DNA of 64,000 bases from contig CM069148.1 of the NCBI GenBank assembly GCA_035221665.1, positions 25,978,001 to 26,042,000 of the forward strand, read 5' to 3'. Below the pieces are notes generated by a model. The model had not been told where the DNA came from. It ran no database searches and was given only the letters and a program-made list of their open reading frames with translations. This document shows, piece after piece, positions 24,451 to 36,999 of this stretch (position 1 is its first letter; every line of letters begins with the position of its first letter). A program made the translations under genes and the position numbers. Source of the stretch: Okamejei kenojei. Its lineage: Eukaryota.

Positions 24451-25338
24451 TCTATACATAACTAAAACTGATCTTGTGCTCTTCCGGTTTGCATAGTTCT
24501 TCTATTTGCGGAAAAACAGTATACGATAGCGCTACGATTTTTCACCACCGTACTCACCATTCTCCAGTGCACAGGTGCAATACGTTTTGTTCCGATCGAT
24601 GGTATATTGTAAAAGTTATTAAGGTTTAAAAATGGTGAAAAAAAATGTACATGCGCAGATTGGTGTCAGTAGCCACCACATAGATTGGTCTCCTCGCTGC
24701 ATTGATTGGCCGCGTCCACTGTCAGTCGGCTGCCGGTCTCCAACTCGACACCGACTGCGCGGTGAAGGAGTGGCGACGCCCAACAAGCTGCGGCCGCCCG
24801 GTACCTGGTCGGGAGGGAGGTGCCGCGGGCCGAGCCTGGGGACTGGGCTTGGGCTGGAGTGAGGGCCGAGCCCGAGGCTTGGGATGGGCCCATGACCAGG
24901 GCCCAGAAAGAAGCCTGGGCTGGAACCAAGGACGAGCCTGGGTCCGGGGTCAGCGACGAGCCCGGAGATGAAGTTGGGGGCTGGACAACCGAGCTAAGGG
25001 CTGGTGTCTACAGCCAGGATCGGGCCGAGTACGAGAACCAGGCCCTGGCGCTGCTCTATGACCTGGGTAGGTGCTGGGGCAGGGAATGGGAGTGAGGGGA
25101 GGAGGATGTGGGAAATGAGGAGGAGGGAGATGGAGTGGGGTGGTAGAGGGAGATGGGAAGGGTGTGGAGGAGGGGAGGGCGGAGGAGGGAGATGGGACAT
25201 GGGGTTGGAGGAGGGAGATGGGAAATATTGGAATAAAGCGTTGGGGGGACGGGTGAGTGGTGGAATATTGCGTCGGGGAACGGGTTGCATTGGGGGACCA
25301 GGCCTCCTGTATGACAGGGGACCCGTCCCACAGGCTAG
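24451..25338 (+). mobile_element. Non-autonomous Helitron (888 bp)
   Basis: 5' A|TCTATACATAACTAAAACT; 3' GGGAC-CC-GTCCC hairpin then ACAGG-CTAG|T; no TSD or TIR; 5' module homologous to 29830-30012 (minus). Confidence 0.8.
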
Positions 25339-25764
25339 TTTCCACTAAAACTAGTATGTTCCATAAAAAAACTCAGGAAAAAAAAATCATATTGTTCATA
25401 TTGGTGTAAATACTTAATTTTAAATCAAAATATTTGCTAGATTACTCTATCTGTGATTTGGATAAATGAAGGCAAAAACATTGCTCTCTGGTTAATGTCT
25501 TCATGTGAGCTATGTTCGTTCCTTAACTTACACTTTGCGATCTGTACAAAATTTGTTCAGACTTTATTGGTTAAACGCAGGAAAAGCTGACAGTGAGTGA
25601 TAGTAAAATCTCCTTTCGTCACTTGAGTATAGATGTTTTCAGGGAGTAGCTGACAGATAGAATGTGGTCACTTGTGTCTTGTTGTATTTGTGGATTCACA
25701 AACAGCTCTGTACATATCAATGCACTGTAATTCAGACATACAGTTAGAGTCATAGAGAGTCATT

Positions 25765-25980
25765 GTCATACAGTATGGAAACAGGCCCAACTTGCCCACA
25801 CTGACCAACATGTACAATCTATACTAGTTCCACCTGCTTGTGTTTGGCCCATGTCCCTCTAAACCTGTCCTATCCATGTACCTGTCTAAATGTTTCATGA
25901 AAGTTGCGATAGTAACTGCCTCAACTACCTCTTCCAGCAGCTCATTCAATATACCCACCAACCTTTGTGTCAAAAAGTTC
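25765..25980 (-). mobile_element. CR1 3' fragment
   Basis: LTQRLVGILNELLEEVVEA..HLDRYMD..GHGPNTSRWN. Confidence 0.75.
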
Positions 25981-26132
25981 TCATCCTTGGCTTCCTCTTG
26001 GAGTGTGCCTTTAAGAGCTGAGGCATTTCTTTGCTGCACCGCAAAGTGTTGGCAGCTATGCAAAATTAAGTGTGGTCTCTGTTTTACGAGCTGTTTCGGG
26101 GGTCGAACCACCCAAGTGTTGCTTCAAACATC

Positions 26133-26481
26133 ATAGTTTAGTTTAGAAATACAGCGTGGAGACGGGCCCTTTGCCCACCAAATCCACGCCGACCAGCGAT
26201 CCACCCATACCAACACTATCCTCCACCCACTAGAGACCATTAACAATTTTACCAAAGCCAATTGACCTACAAACCTGTACGTCTTTGGGGCGTGGGAGGA
26301 AACTGGGGTGCCTGGAGAAAACCCGCGCCAGTCATGGGGAGAACGTACAAACAAGGGCAGACAGACAAGGAGGGAGATGGGGGTGGAGGACAGACAGACA
26401 AGCATCCATAGTCAGGATCGAACCCAGATCTCCGGCGCTGTAAGGCAGCAACGCCACCTTGCTGCCCTCGTTGCGCCACCA
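26133..26481 (-). mobile_element. V-domain SINE
   Basis: Same family as 5290-5585; B-box GGGTTCGATCCTGA on minus; (AAACT)n tail. Confidence 0.85.
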
Positions 26482-27140
26482 AGATGCCCTATGGAAACAT
26501 AGAACACAGAAAGGTAGACAAAAATGCTGGAGAAACTCAGCGGGTAGAGCACTGGAACAGACCTTTCAACCCACTATGTCTGCGTGAAACATGATACCAA
26601 GATAAAGTCAACTCATCTGTCTATATGTGATCCATACTCCTCCATTCACTGCATACCACACCATTATTATACATGTCTCCATCAAGGCATAAAGTCCTAG
26701 CCTGCCCACCCTTTCCATATAGCTCAGGCTATTAGGTCTTGACACCATCCTTGTCAATCATTTCCACTCTTTCCAGCATTATGACATCCAAAGGTGTCCA
26801 AAACGGAAAATACTCCAAATGTGGCCTCACCAATGTCTTGTACAACTGTTACATAATTTTCAAATTTCAATACTCAATACCCTGACTGATGAACACAAAA
26901 TATTTATTTACCACCATACGTACCTACGATGTCACTTTCAAGGAACTGTCTACTTGAACTTCTATGTGTAGGAAAAAACTGCAGATGCTGGTTTAAATTG
27001 AAGGTGTACACAAAATGCTGGAGTAACTCAGTGGAATCTATCTGCATATTCATAGGGGTATTTGAACTATTATTTCTGAATGTGGCTTGGTGTAGTTATT
27101 TTGAGTTAATTAGGGCTCCCATTGCTAGGTTAAAGATACC

Positions 27141-27235
27141 TCTGAAGAAGGGTCTCAACCCGAAAAGTCACCCATTCTTTCTCTCCAGAGATGCTGCCTG
27201 TCTCGCTGAGTTACTCCAGCTTTTTGTGTCTATCG
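27141..27235 (+). mobile_element. Penelope terminal-repeat fragment
   Basis: CTGAAGAAGGGTCTCAACCCGAAAAGTCACC...TTTTTGTGTCTATC. Confidence 0.75.
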
Positions 27236-27444
27236 TCCATATCAATCAATGTTGTTTTACTTGGCAACCTTAAACGTATGTAAGATCCATGTAGTCAGCA
27301 GAGAAACAGATCTTCAGTTGTATTAGATTTTTACCATTCAGTCTCCAAGACAGGCCTCCAACTTAATGTGAGGCAGAATCACTAACTGGAAAGATTACTG
27401 TACCTTAGGAGAATATGTTTTTCCTAATTCTCTAAGATGAATAG

Positions 27445-28605
27445 TTCAAGTGAGTTTATTGTCATGTGTCCCTGATAGGACAATGAAATTCTTGCTTTGC
27501 ATCAGCACACAGAACATAGAAGGCATTTACTACAAAACAGATCAGTGTGTCCATATACCATACATAAATATATACACACATGAATAAATAAACTAATAAA
27601 TTGCAAATAACAGATCATGGGTTATTAGTTATCAGAGTTTTGTCCGAGCCAGTTTTAATAGCCTGATGGCTGTGGGGAAGTAGCTATTCCTGAACCTGGT
27701 CGTTGCAGTCTTCAGGCTCCTGTACCGTCTACCTGTAGTTAGCAGGGCGATGAGTGTGTGGCCAGGATGGTGTGGGTCTTTCATGATACTGCCAGCTTTT
27801 TTGAGGCAGCGACTGTGATAGATCCCCTGGATGGAAGGAAGGTCAGAGCCGATGATGGACTGGGCAGTGCTTACTACTTTTTGTAGTCTTTTCCTCTCCA
27901 GGGCGTTCAAGTTGTCGAACCAAGCCATGATGCAACCGGTCAGCAAGCTCTCTGCTGTGCACCTGTAGAAGTTAGAGAGAGTCCTCCTTGACAAACCAAC
28001 TCTCCGTAATCTTCTCATGAAGTAGAGGTGCTGGTGAGCTTTCTTGATAATTGCATCAGTGTTCTCGGACCAGGAAAGAACTTCAGAAATATGCGCGCCC
28101 AGGAATTTGAAGCTCTTGACCCTTTCAACCATTGACCCGTTGATATAAATGGGACCGTGGGTCCCCATCCTAGTCCTTCCAAAGTCCACAATCAGTTCTT
28201 TGGTTTTGCTGGTGTTGAGGGCCAGGTTATTGTGCTGGCACCATATGGACAGTTGCTCGATCTCTCTTCTGTACTCCGACTCATCCCCATCAGTGATACG
28301 TCCCACAACAGTGGTGGCGTCAGCGAACTTGATGATGGAGTTCGCACTGTGACCGGCTACGCAGTCATGAGTATAGAGAGAGAGAGAGTACAGCAGGGGG
28401 CTGAGCACGCAGCCTTGAGGTGCTCCCGTGCTGATTGTTATCGAGTCTGACACATTTCCACCAATACGAACACACTGTGGTCTGTGAACGAGGAAGTCGA
28501 GGATCCAATTGCAGAGGGATGCGCAGAGACCCAGTTCTGCGAGTTTGGTAACCAGCTTGAAGGGGATGATAGTATTAAATGCCGAGCTGTAATCGATGAA
28601 TAGCA
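27445..28605 (-). mobile_element. 5'-truncated Rex1/Babar LINE with an open RT C-terminal frame
   Basis: [33 protein letters not shown] (FADD mutated), [21 protein letters not shown]; 3' UTR with ATGACAATAAAC tail. Confidence 0.92.
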
Positions 28606-28930
28606 GGAAAATATAAATGGAATAGGTAACTGCTGGAGCTCCAGCCAGAATATCAATCTTCCACCACAACCCTCTGTCTTCTATGAATCCATATAACCAA
28701 GTCACCGTGAATTCTGACATCTTAATCACAGCCAACCATGAGGGACCATATCAAAAGTCTTACTAAAATCCATGTAAACAACATCCACCACCTTACTTTC
28801 TTCAATCCTTCGTCAGCTCCTCAAAAAACACAATCAAGTCAGTGAAGTACGACCTGTTGCCTAAAAAGCCATGCCGGCTATCCCTAATTTGCCAATTCTC
28901 TTCCAAATGGGAGTAAATCCTATCTGCAAG
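28606..28930 (-). mobile_element. Degenerate CR1 RT fragment
   Basis: Reverse complement encodes [19 protein letters not shown]-like sequence near 28735-28790. Confidence 0.65.
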
Positions 28931-29439
28931 ACACTATTTTTGCCAGTTAAGTGGGCTACTGTCTTCTGGATGATGCTGAACTTGATTGCTGTTGGAACTG
29001 CATGTATTTGCCATACTATGAATTTTAGATCTAACATGGCTCAGAGAATCAGGAGATATGTTCATCAAACCTCCCATTGTCCTAGTAGCTGCAATGTTTA
29101 TGTGATTAGTCCAGTTACATATCCCATTAATGTTGACCGCTCAATGGCATTGAATTTGGTGCTAGCTATAACATTGAAAGGTATAGCTTGTGGGAGATTA
29201 TTAGGACCTAGATGGTAAGAATATGACTTGTTTCCATGCATCTGAACACTTTGCAAGGCCCTGGTTTCTGTGTTCTCTGTTCATTCACATGTGCTCCAGA
29301 TCCCACTGTACCTTTAGATTCACCTGGTTCTGTTGGTGGCCCTCTCTTGAAACCTACCTGGTTCAGTTTCTTACTCTTCCTGTAAAAAGTAGAGGGTTCC
29401 CTGAAATATTACTGTATAATGTGTAAGAAAACAAATTAA

Positions 29440-30012
29440 AAATGCAGGTGTATGGGGGAGGGGGATGTGTGGGGGAGGGGGGGTGTGTGTGGGGGAAGTG
29501 GTGTGTGTGGAGGGTGTTTGTGGGGGTATGGGGGGTTGAGGGGGTAGGGGAGGGGGTGTATGTGGGTGTGGGGAGGTGTGGGGGAGTGGGCGTGTAGGAG
29601 GGGGTGTGTGTAGGGGAGTGGGGGTGTGTGGGCTTACCGGTTCCAGGCCTCAGCTGCACTCACCGGCTTCAGGACCCGGCTCCGGACTCACTAAGCGGTT
29701 CCCGTCCCCAGCGCCTCTCACACTCACAGCCCCGACCGCGAACGCAGCCCCTACTCTGCTCCTTCAGCTTTTATCTCGGCGCCAGTGATTGACAGCGGGT
29801 GCTGAAAGGGGCGTCGCTGTCCCAGCGAATATCAGACCAATAACTTTAGTAATATTTCACCGATCGGAAGAAAACTTGGGGCACTTGGAGCAGAGGAGAA
29901 TGGTGAGTAAGGTGGCGAAAAATCCTAGCGATATAGGGTACCGTTTTTACGCAAATTTAAAAACAACGCATACCGGAAGAGGACAAAATGAGAGTTTTAG
30001 CAATAGTATAGA
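29440..30012 (-). mobile_element. Helitron-family 5' portion (3' end not seen) with a CA/C-rich low-complexity tail
   Basis: Minus strand starts A|TCTATACTATTGCTAAAACTCTC and shares CTCTTCCGGT..TTTGCG.AAAAAC.GTA..GATTTTTC.CCACC.TACTCACCATTCTCC with 24451-24570. Confidence 0.7.
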
Positions 30013-30064
30013 TAGATAGAAGATGAAGAAAAGATATGCAACTTGGGAGGATGGAGAGAGAGGG

Positions 30065-30325
30065 AATGCACGGGTTACTTGTAGTTAGATAAATCAATAT
30101 ACCACTGGGCTGCCCAAGTGAAATATGAGGTGCTGTTCCTCCAATTTGTGTTTAGCTTCACTCTAACAATGGTGCAGGCCTCGGACAGAAAGGTCCGTGT
30201 GGGAATGGGAAGGGGAATTAAAGTGTTTGACAACTGTGATATCAGGTAGGTCCAGGCGGACTAAGCGAAGGTGCACAGCGAAACAATCTCCACGTTTGGT
30301 CTCACCATTGTATAAGTGACCATAT
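30065..30325 (-). mobile_element. Penelope GIY-YIG C-terminal fragment
   Basis: LYNGETKR..F.VHL..V.KHFNSPSHSHTDLSV.GL. Confidence 0.75.
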
Positions 30326-30913
30326 AAATCTGTTACGAGTGTCAGCAATATAGCATCTGACAGGCCAGAAACTCTGCTAGCCCATCACCATTTGAGTGTG
30401 CTGGAATAACAGTTTTGTATTTGGAACAGTCTATTATGATTAAAATGGAAGGATGACCACTGGTTAGTGTTGACAAGTGGAGCAGAATGACCTGTTTCCA
30501 TGTTATATAATTCTATGACTTTTGTGACAATAAAGGCAATGGGAATAAGAGCAAAGGTATTAAAGGAAACTACAGGACCTCCATAATGTTTGGGACAGAA
30601 CCATCATTGATTTATTTGCCTCTGTGCTCCACAATTTGAGATTTGTAATAGAAAAATCACATGTGGTAGTGCACATTGTCAGATTTTATTAAAGGGTATT
30701 TTTTATATATTTTGGTTTCACCATGTAGAAATTACAGCTGTGTTTATACATAGTCCCCCCATTTCAGTGCACCATAATGTTTGGGACACATGGCTTCACA
30801 GGTGTTTGTAATTGCTCAGGTGTGTTTAAATGCTTCCTTAATGCAGGTATAAGAGAGCTCTCAGCACCTACTCTTTCCATCACCTTTGGAAACGTTTATT
30901 GCTGTTTGTCAAC

Positions 30914-32014
30914 ATGAGGACCAAAGTTGTGCCAACGAAAGTCAAATAAGTCATTATGAGTCTGAAAAAACAAGAATAAAACTGTGAGAGACAAACCTAG
31001 GGCTTACCAAAATCAACTGTTTGGAACAACATTAAGAAGAAAGAGAGCACTGGTGAGCTTACTAATCGCAAAGGGACTGACAGGCCAAGGAAGGCCTCCA
31101 CAGCTGATGACAGAAGAATTCTCTCTATAATAAAGAAAAATCCCGAAACACCTTTGACAGATCAGAAACACTCCTCAGGAGTCAGGTGTGGATTTGTCAA
31201 TGACCACTGTCCGCAGAAGACTTCATGAACAAAAATACAGAGGCTACACTGCAAGATGCAAACCACTAGTTAGCTGCAAAAATAGGATGGCCAGGTTACA
31301 GTTTGCCAAGAAGTACTTAAAAGAGCAACCACAGTTCTGGAAAAAAGGTCTTGGGGACAGATGAGACGAAGATTAACTTTGATCAGCGTGATGGTAAGAG
31401 CAAAGTATGGAGGAGAGACGGAATTGCCCAAGATCCAAAGCATACTACCTCATCTGTGAAACACGGTGGTGGGGGTGTTATGGCCTGGGCATGTATGGCT
31501 GCTGAAGGTACTGGCTCACTTATCTTCATTGATGATACAGCTGAATGAATTCTGAAGTGTATCTGCTATCCAGGCACGGAACTCGCTATCATAACATGGA
31601 TGTCCCCCACCTCTCAAAACATGGGGTGGGGGACGTGTCCCCTCTGCCCCACCCCCGCATTTTCTGCCCCTGCTGCTATCTATCTGCTACATCCTATCTG
31701 CTCAAGTTCAAATGAATGCCTCAAAACTCATTGATCAGCAGTTCATTCTACAGTAAGACAATGATCCCAAACATACTGCTAAATCAACAAAAGAGTTTTT
31801 CAAAGCTAAAAAATGGTAAATTCCTGAGTGGCCAAGGCAATCACTCAATCTGAACCCAATTGAGCATGCCTTTTATATGCTGAAGAGCTAAATATGGCTG
31901 CAATACAGGCCTGACAGAGCATCACCAGAGAAGACACCCAACAACTGATGATGTCCATGAATCACGGACTTCAAACAGTCATTGCATGCAAAAGGATATG
32001 CAAGAAAATACTCA
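30914..32014 (+). pseudogene. Tc1 transposase pseudogene (DD34E)
   Basis: TDETKIN, VKHGGGGVMAWAC, Q*DNDPKHT and LNPIEH motifs; 34 codons between the second D and the E; several stops and frameshifts. Confidence 0.9.
31571..31672. mobile_element. 102-bp hAT-type MITE nested in the Tc1 transposase
   Basis: Ends CAGGCACGGAA / TTCTGCCCCTG (imperfect TIR); perfect 8-bp TSD CTGCTATC at 31563-31570 and 31673-31680. Confidence 0.8.
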
Positions 32015-33204
32015 ACATGACTACTTTTTATTTACGTGACATTGCTGTGTCCCAAACATTATGGTGTCCGGAAATGGGGGGACTATGTATAAACACAGCT
32101 GTGATTTCTACATAGTGAAACCAAAATGTATAAAAATTGCCTCAAATTGTGGACTACAGAGGCAAATAAATAAATAATGGGTCTTTGTCCCAAACATTAT
32201 AGAGGGCACTGTTGATTCCAATTTACTTTGGAGACCAAGTAAAATGAAGGGTGGTGCTGATTTTGGTGTTTAGGCTGCTGACAAAGATTTAGCCATTTAG
32301 TTTTTGCAGTCTCTCCCACATTGGCACCGATTGCACATGTTTTGCTCAAAGAAGATGTGCAGTAAACTGTAAAAACTGAGGGAAGCTGAAATCAGAGTTG
32401 AGAAATAAGAAGTGCTTTGAAAATTTTGAAAATATATAAACATTTCCTGTAATTTGTGTTTGATTGCAATCAGTCCAAGTTATAAGAGGAATTTGTTTGT
32501 GTCATGTTTATCATGACCTAATTATACAGTGGGAAGGGCTTTCATAATATTTACACTCAGCATTTTGAACATGAAACCATACATTTGCAATGAAAGTTGA
32601 TTTTTTTTTTTAATGACAACATTTTGCACAGCTTTCAGGATTTCAGCATCCCATTTCCATGGGAAAATTAATAATAATTATTTTAAATCTGAAAGGATTA
32701 ATACATTTTAGAGAATAATATTGGATACACTTTTAACATAATGTCAAATATACCACACTGCTTCAGCCAGATTATCCGATGATTCAAAGTATTATTGAAT
32801 CATGCAAATAAACATCTTCATTGTTGATGTATTTTATTCCACTTCTGTGCTGAATATATTTTTCATCTTTGCCTAACCTGCAGGAATTGATATTAATCTA
32901 GTTCCACACAATACAGCAATGAGTAAAATTCAATGCACCTATAGAAGTAGAATACTGCAGATACAGGAAATTTGGGGAATACAGGGTGTGCAAGAAGAGA
33001 ACCAGGGCAGTTTGTAATCACACGGTATGAATATTAAATTTTCTAATTTCAAATAATCCTTGCTTTCCCTTGCTCTCCATCCCTCCCCAATCCTAGTTCA
33101 CCGACCAGTTTGACTGTCTTCCTGAATAAACATTATCTTTGTATGCTTCGGTGTCACCTTCCTCTACTTAACAATGTTCTATTCTATATTTTATTTGAAC
33201 TTCC

Positions 33205-34440
33205 ATATAACAATTACAGCACGGAAACAGGCCATCCCTGCTGAACACTTACTCTCACCTAGTCCCATCTACCTGCACTCAGACTATAACACTCCATTCC
33301 TTTCCCGACCATATACCTATCCCATTTATTTTTAAATGATAAAATCGAACCTGCCTCCACCACTTCCACTGGAAGCTCATTCCATACACTCCGAGTAAAG
33401 AAGTTCCCCTTCATGTTACCCCTAAACTTTTGTCCCTTAATTCTCAAATCATGTCCTCTTGTTTGAATCTTCCTGACTCTCAATGGAAAAAGCTTATCCA
33501 TGTCAACTCTGTCTGTCCCTATCTTAGTGTCAACTGTTTACTTACTAATCCAATTTACCACACCATCACCCAGATCATTGATGTAAATGATAAACAACAG
33601 TGGACCCAACACAGATCCCTGAGGCACCCCACTAGTCACCGGCCTCCAACCTGACAAACAGTTATCCACCATTACTCTCTGGTATCTCCCATTCAGCCAC
33701 TGTTGAATCCATCTTGCTACTCCATTATTAATACCCAACAATTGAACCTTCTTAACCAACCTTCCATGTGGAACCATGTCAAAGGCCTTACTGAAGTCCA
33801 TATAGACAACATCCACCGCTTTACCCTCATCAATTTCCCTAGTAACCTCTTCAAAAAATTCAAGAAGATTAGTCAAACATGACCATCCAGGCACAAATCC
33901 ATGTTGACTGTTCCTAATCAGATCCTGTTTATCCAGATGGTTATATATATTATCTCTAATTATCTTTTCCATTATTTTGCCCACCACTGACGTCAAACTA
34001 ACAGGTCTATAATTGCTAGGTTTACTCTTAGAACCCTTTTTAAACAATAGAACAACATGCGCAGTACGCCAATCCTCCGGCACCATTCCCGTTTCTAATG
34101 ACATTTGATATATTTCTGTCATAGCCCCTGCTATTTCTACACTAACCTCCCTCAATGTTCTAGGGAATATCCTGTCAGGACCTGGAGACTTATCTACTTT
34201 TATATTTTTCAAAAGTGTCAGTACTTCCTCCTCTTTGATCCTCATAGTTTCCATATCTACTCTACTTGTTTCCCTTACCTCACATAATTCAATATCCTTC
34301 TCCTTGGTGAATACCGAAGAAAATAAATTGTTCAATATCTCCCCCATCTTTTTTGGCTCTGCAGGTAGCTGTCCACTCTGACTCTCTAATGGACCAATTT
34401 TATCCCTCATTATCCTTTTGCTATTAATATAGCTGTAGAA
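33205..34440 (-). mobile_element. CR1 with an internal deletion near 33520
   Basis: ORF 33538..34479 has KSPGPD, NYRPVSLTS, QHGF, YMDFSKAFD and GVPQGSVLGP, then jumps to the C-terminal TRGH..WNELP segment (33259..33501). Confidence 0.9.
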
Positions 34441-34445
34441 ACACT

Positions 34446-34542
34446 CAGTCTGAAGAAGGGTCTTGACCCGAAGCGCCACCCATTTGTTCTATCCAGAAAT
34501 GTTGCCTATCTTGCTGAGTTACTCTAGCATTTTGTGTCTATC
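34446..34542 (+). mobile_element. Penelope terminal-repeat fragment
   Basis: CAGTCTGAAGAAGGGTCTTGACCCGAAGCGCCACC...TTTTGTGTCTATC. Confidence 0.75.
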
Positions 34543-35048
34543 ACCAGAGTAAACTATTCAGGTCAATGTCCTTTTATTAAACTTGGTAAAAGCTCAGCAG
34601 TCATGCCCTTACTGCTCAGTGTACTGTTCTGAATGAACTTGTCTTGTCCACGTATTTCTATTTCACTTACTGCTAATGCTTCCCAGCAGTCTGCTATTCC
34701 ATTAGTCATACCACACTCTAAATACTTATACAAATATCTACTGCTGCAGTGAGATTTTCATTCACTAAAGTAAAAAATAAATAAAATAAAAGTTTTCAGC
34801 TGAGAAATATTCATAGTAATTGAACAATACAAGCAGGGCTTTAAGGAAAGGGATGGGAAATGTGATTAATGTTGCACGCAATCAAGTGGCCCAGCAATGC
34901 TGTCCTGATGTGCTGTTTAATTATTTGAGAAGAATAAAAAGTACTGTAGGTATTCTTTACAATCTGTTGACTTGAGGAGCTAAATTGCAGAGAGGGCGTT
35001 CAGACATCTGCCCTATGGCCTTTGGAAGTGTATTTTTTGTTTATTTTT

Positions 35049-35353
35049 GAGATACAGCGCGGAAACAAGCCCTTCAGCCCACTGAGTCTGCACCGACCAG
35101 CGATCCCTGCACACTAACACTATCCTACACATACTAGGGACAATTTACCCATGCACCAAGCCACTTAACCTACTTGCAGTACCTGTACATCTTTTGAGTG
35201 TGGGAGGAAACCAAAGATCTCAGAGGAAACCCACGAGGTCACGGGAGAACGTACAAACTCCATACAGGCAGCACCCATAGTCGGGATTGAACCCCGGTCT
35301 CCGGCGTTGCAAGCCCTGTAAGGCAGCAATTCTACCGCTGCGCCACCGTGCCG
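35049..35353 (-). mobile_element. V-domain SINE
   Basis: Minus strand starts GCGGCACGGTGGCGCAGCGGTAGA; B-box GGTTCAATCCC; V-domain core. Confidence 0.88.
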
Positions 35354-35444
35354 CTGTATTAGGGAAAAAAATGTTATGGTCATAATCATGTCCACTGTAG
35401 TAAGAAAACCTTTAGAATAATGCCAACAAAATATTGTATGACTT

Positions 35445-35936
35445 TTTGTCCTAATGGACAAATACGAACAGATATGGTCTCCATATACAGAATATTTGAA
35501 GGGGTAGCTGTCTTGGCATCACAACTCAATGGGTACCCGGCAGGATCAGATGAAAATAACTTTCTGTTTGTCTTTTTGATTTGTATACATGTCTTTATTG
35601 ATATCGCTATTTGAAATTGTGTTATTCACTATTAAGATGTATACTGTAATCTCTCTTTTTTATATATATATATAATACTTTGTTTTAATTAAATACATAT
35701 AACAAGAATATATACATTTTTTTCCCTCTCTCTCTTTTTCTATATAATCAAAATTATTATTTAATCACTATTCTTATTGATTAAAATCTATTCTTTTCTT
35801 TTTCTACTTTCTAAAAAAATAGAAGTTTATAAGAATTACTCGTAACATTCGTATACTTATTGAAATAAGTTAGTTGTGTATTTGAAAAGTTGTTATACCG
35901 TTGTTATGATGGATTACTTCTAATAAAAATATTATT
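35445..35936 (+). mobile_element. 5'-truncated L1-clade LINE (ORF2 C-terminus + AT-rich 3' UTR)
   Basis: 19-bp TSD ACAAAATATTGTATGACTT (35426-35444, 35937-35955); DKYEQIWSPYTEYLKG* resembles the W.P...Y end of fish L1 ORF2; AATAAA just before the 3' end. Confidence 0.75.
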
Positions 35937-36234
35937 ACAAAATATTGTATGACTTCAAATTAGAATAACATTTGAGAATAGAAATGCATGTTATTAGATG
36001 GTTGAGATTTTGACTGAAGTACACAGTAGGTACAATGTTGCCTCAATTCATTGCATGGAAAACATTCCTTATTGTCCTTGAAATTAAAATTCAGTGAAGT
36101 TACTGACCTGTGTGTTTATAGCTATGTGGGTGTTGTTACATTGGAATGGTCCAGAGTTCACGGGAAAGATGAGCAAAGTAATGCCTGTATCCTCTTCCAA
36201 GCTAATATTTAGAAAATCCATTGCAGTTACATAG

Positions 36235-36625
36235 TAGAAACAAAGAACAGCAGATGTTAGTTTATATACTCTGGGGCTCGATCTGAAACATTTAACTATC
36301 CATAGATAGACACAAATACATGGAGTAACTCAGCGGGACAAGCAGCATCTCTGGAGAGAAGGAATGGGTGACTTTTCAGGTCATGACCCTTTTCAGATTC
36401 TTCAGTCTGAAGAAGGGTCTCAACCTGAAACATTCCTTCTCTCTAGAGATGCTGCTGGTCTTGCTGAATAACTTTTTTTTGTGTCACTCTTCGGTTTAAA
36501 CCAGCATCTGCAGTTCCTTGCTACACATTATCTATCCATGTTCTCCAGAGAAGCTGCCAGACCTCCCTCCAGAGATGCTGCCTGACCTCTAAGTTACTCT
36601 GGTACTTTGTGTCCTATTTTGCAGT
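36235..36625. mobile_element. Nested, inverted Penelope terminal repeats
   Basis: Head-to-head pair (minus 36305-36398, plus 36403-36525) inserted in another terminal repeat; CTATCCAT repeated at 36296-36303 and 36532-36539. Confidence 0.75.
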
Positions 36626-36999
36626 TACATACGCAGGCAGCTCCTACAGCACTTCCCAAATCCACAATCCTTACCATCAAGAAGGACTAGGGCAGCAGTG
36701 GTAGAGTGCACCACCACCTGCAGGTTTCCCTTTTTATAACTGAGAATGAAAGTTGTAAATTGTACTGTAATGTAGCAGCTTATTTTAGTTATAACGAAAA
36801 TAGCTACTGTGACTGTAATGAAGTCATTAAGTACAGCTTGTTCTCGTTGAGGATTTTGCATGTAACTGCGCAAACTGTTCTCAATGAATAATATATAACA
36901 TGTGGAAATTACACCAATTTGCAGGCTGCAGTTATGTGTATGGTGGTTATTTAACAAAAAACCTTTAACAATTGAAACAAAAATGATACTCTTCTAAAC

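Larger units (their letters stand above)
30573..32211 (+). mobile_element. Full-length Tc1/mariner element with long IR/DR-type TIRs
   Basis: TA|CAG..CCTCCATAATGTTTGGGACA at the left and TGTCCCAAACATTATAGAGGGCACTG at the right; the core CCATAATGTTTGGGACA recurs at the inner TIR ends (~30770-30790 and ~32047-32066). Confidence 0.92.

Noticed and set aside
27632-28735. 367-aa ORF as an intact gene
   Set aside because: Chimeric read-through from a CR1 fragment into a 5'-truncated Rex1/Babar RT whose catalytic FADD is mutated to FADA.
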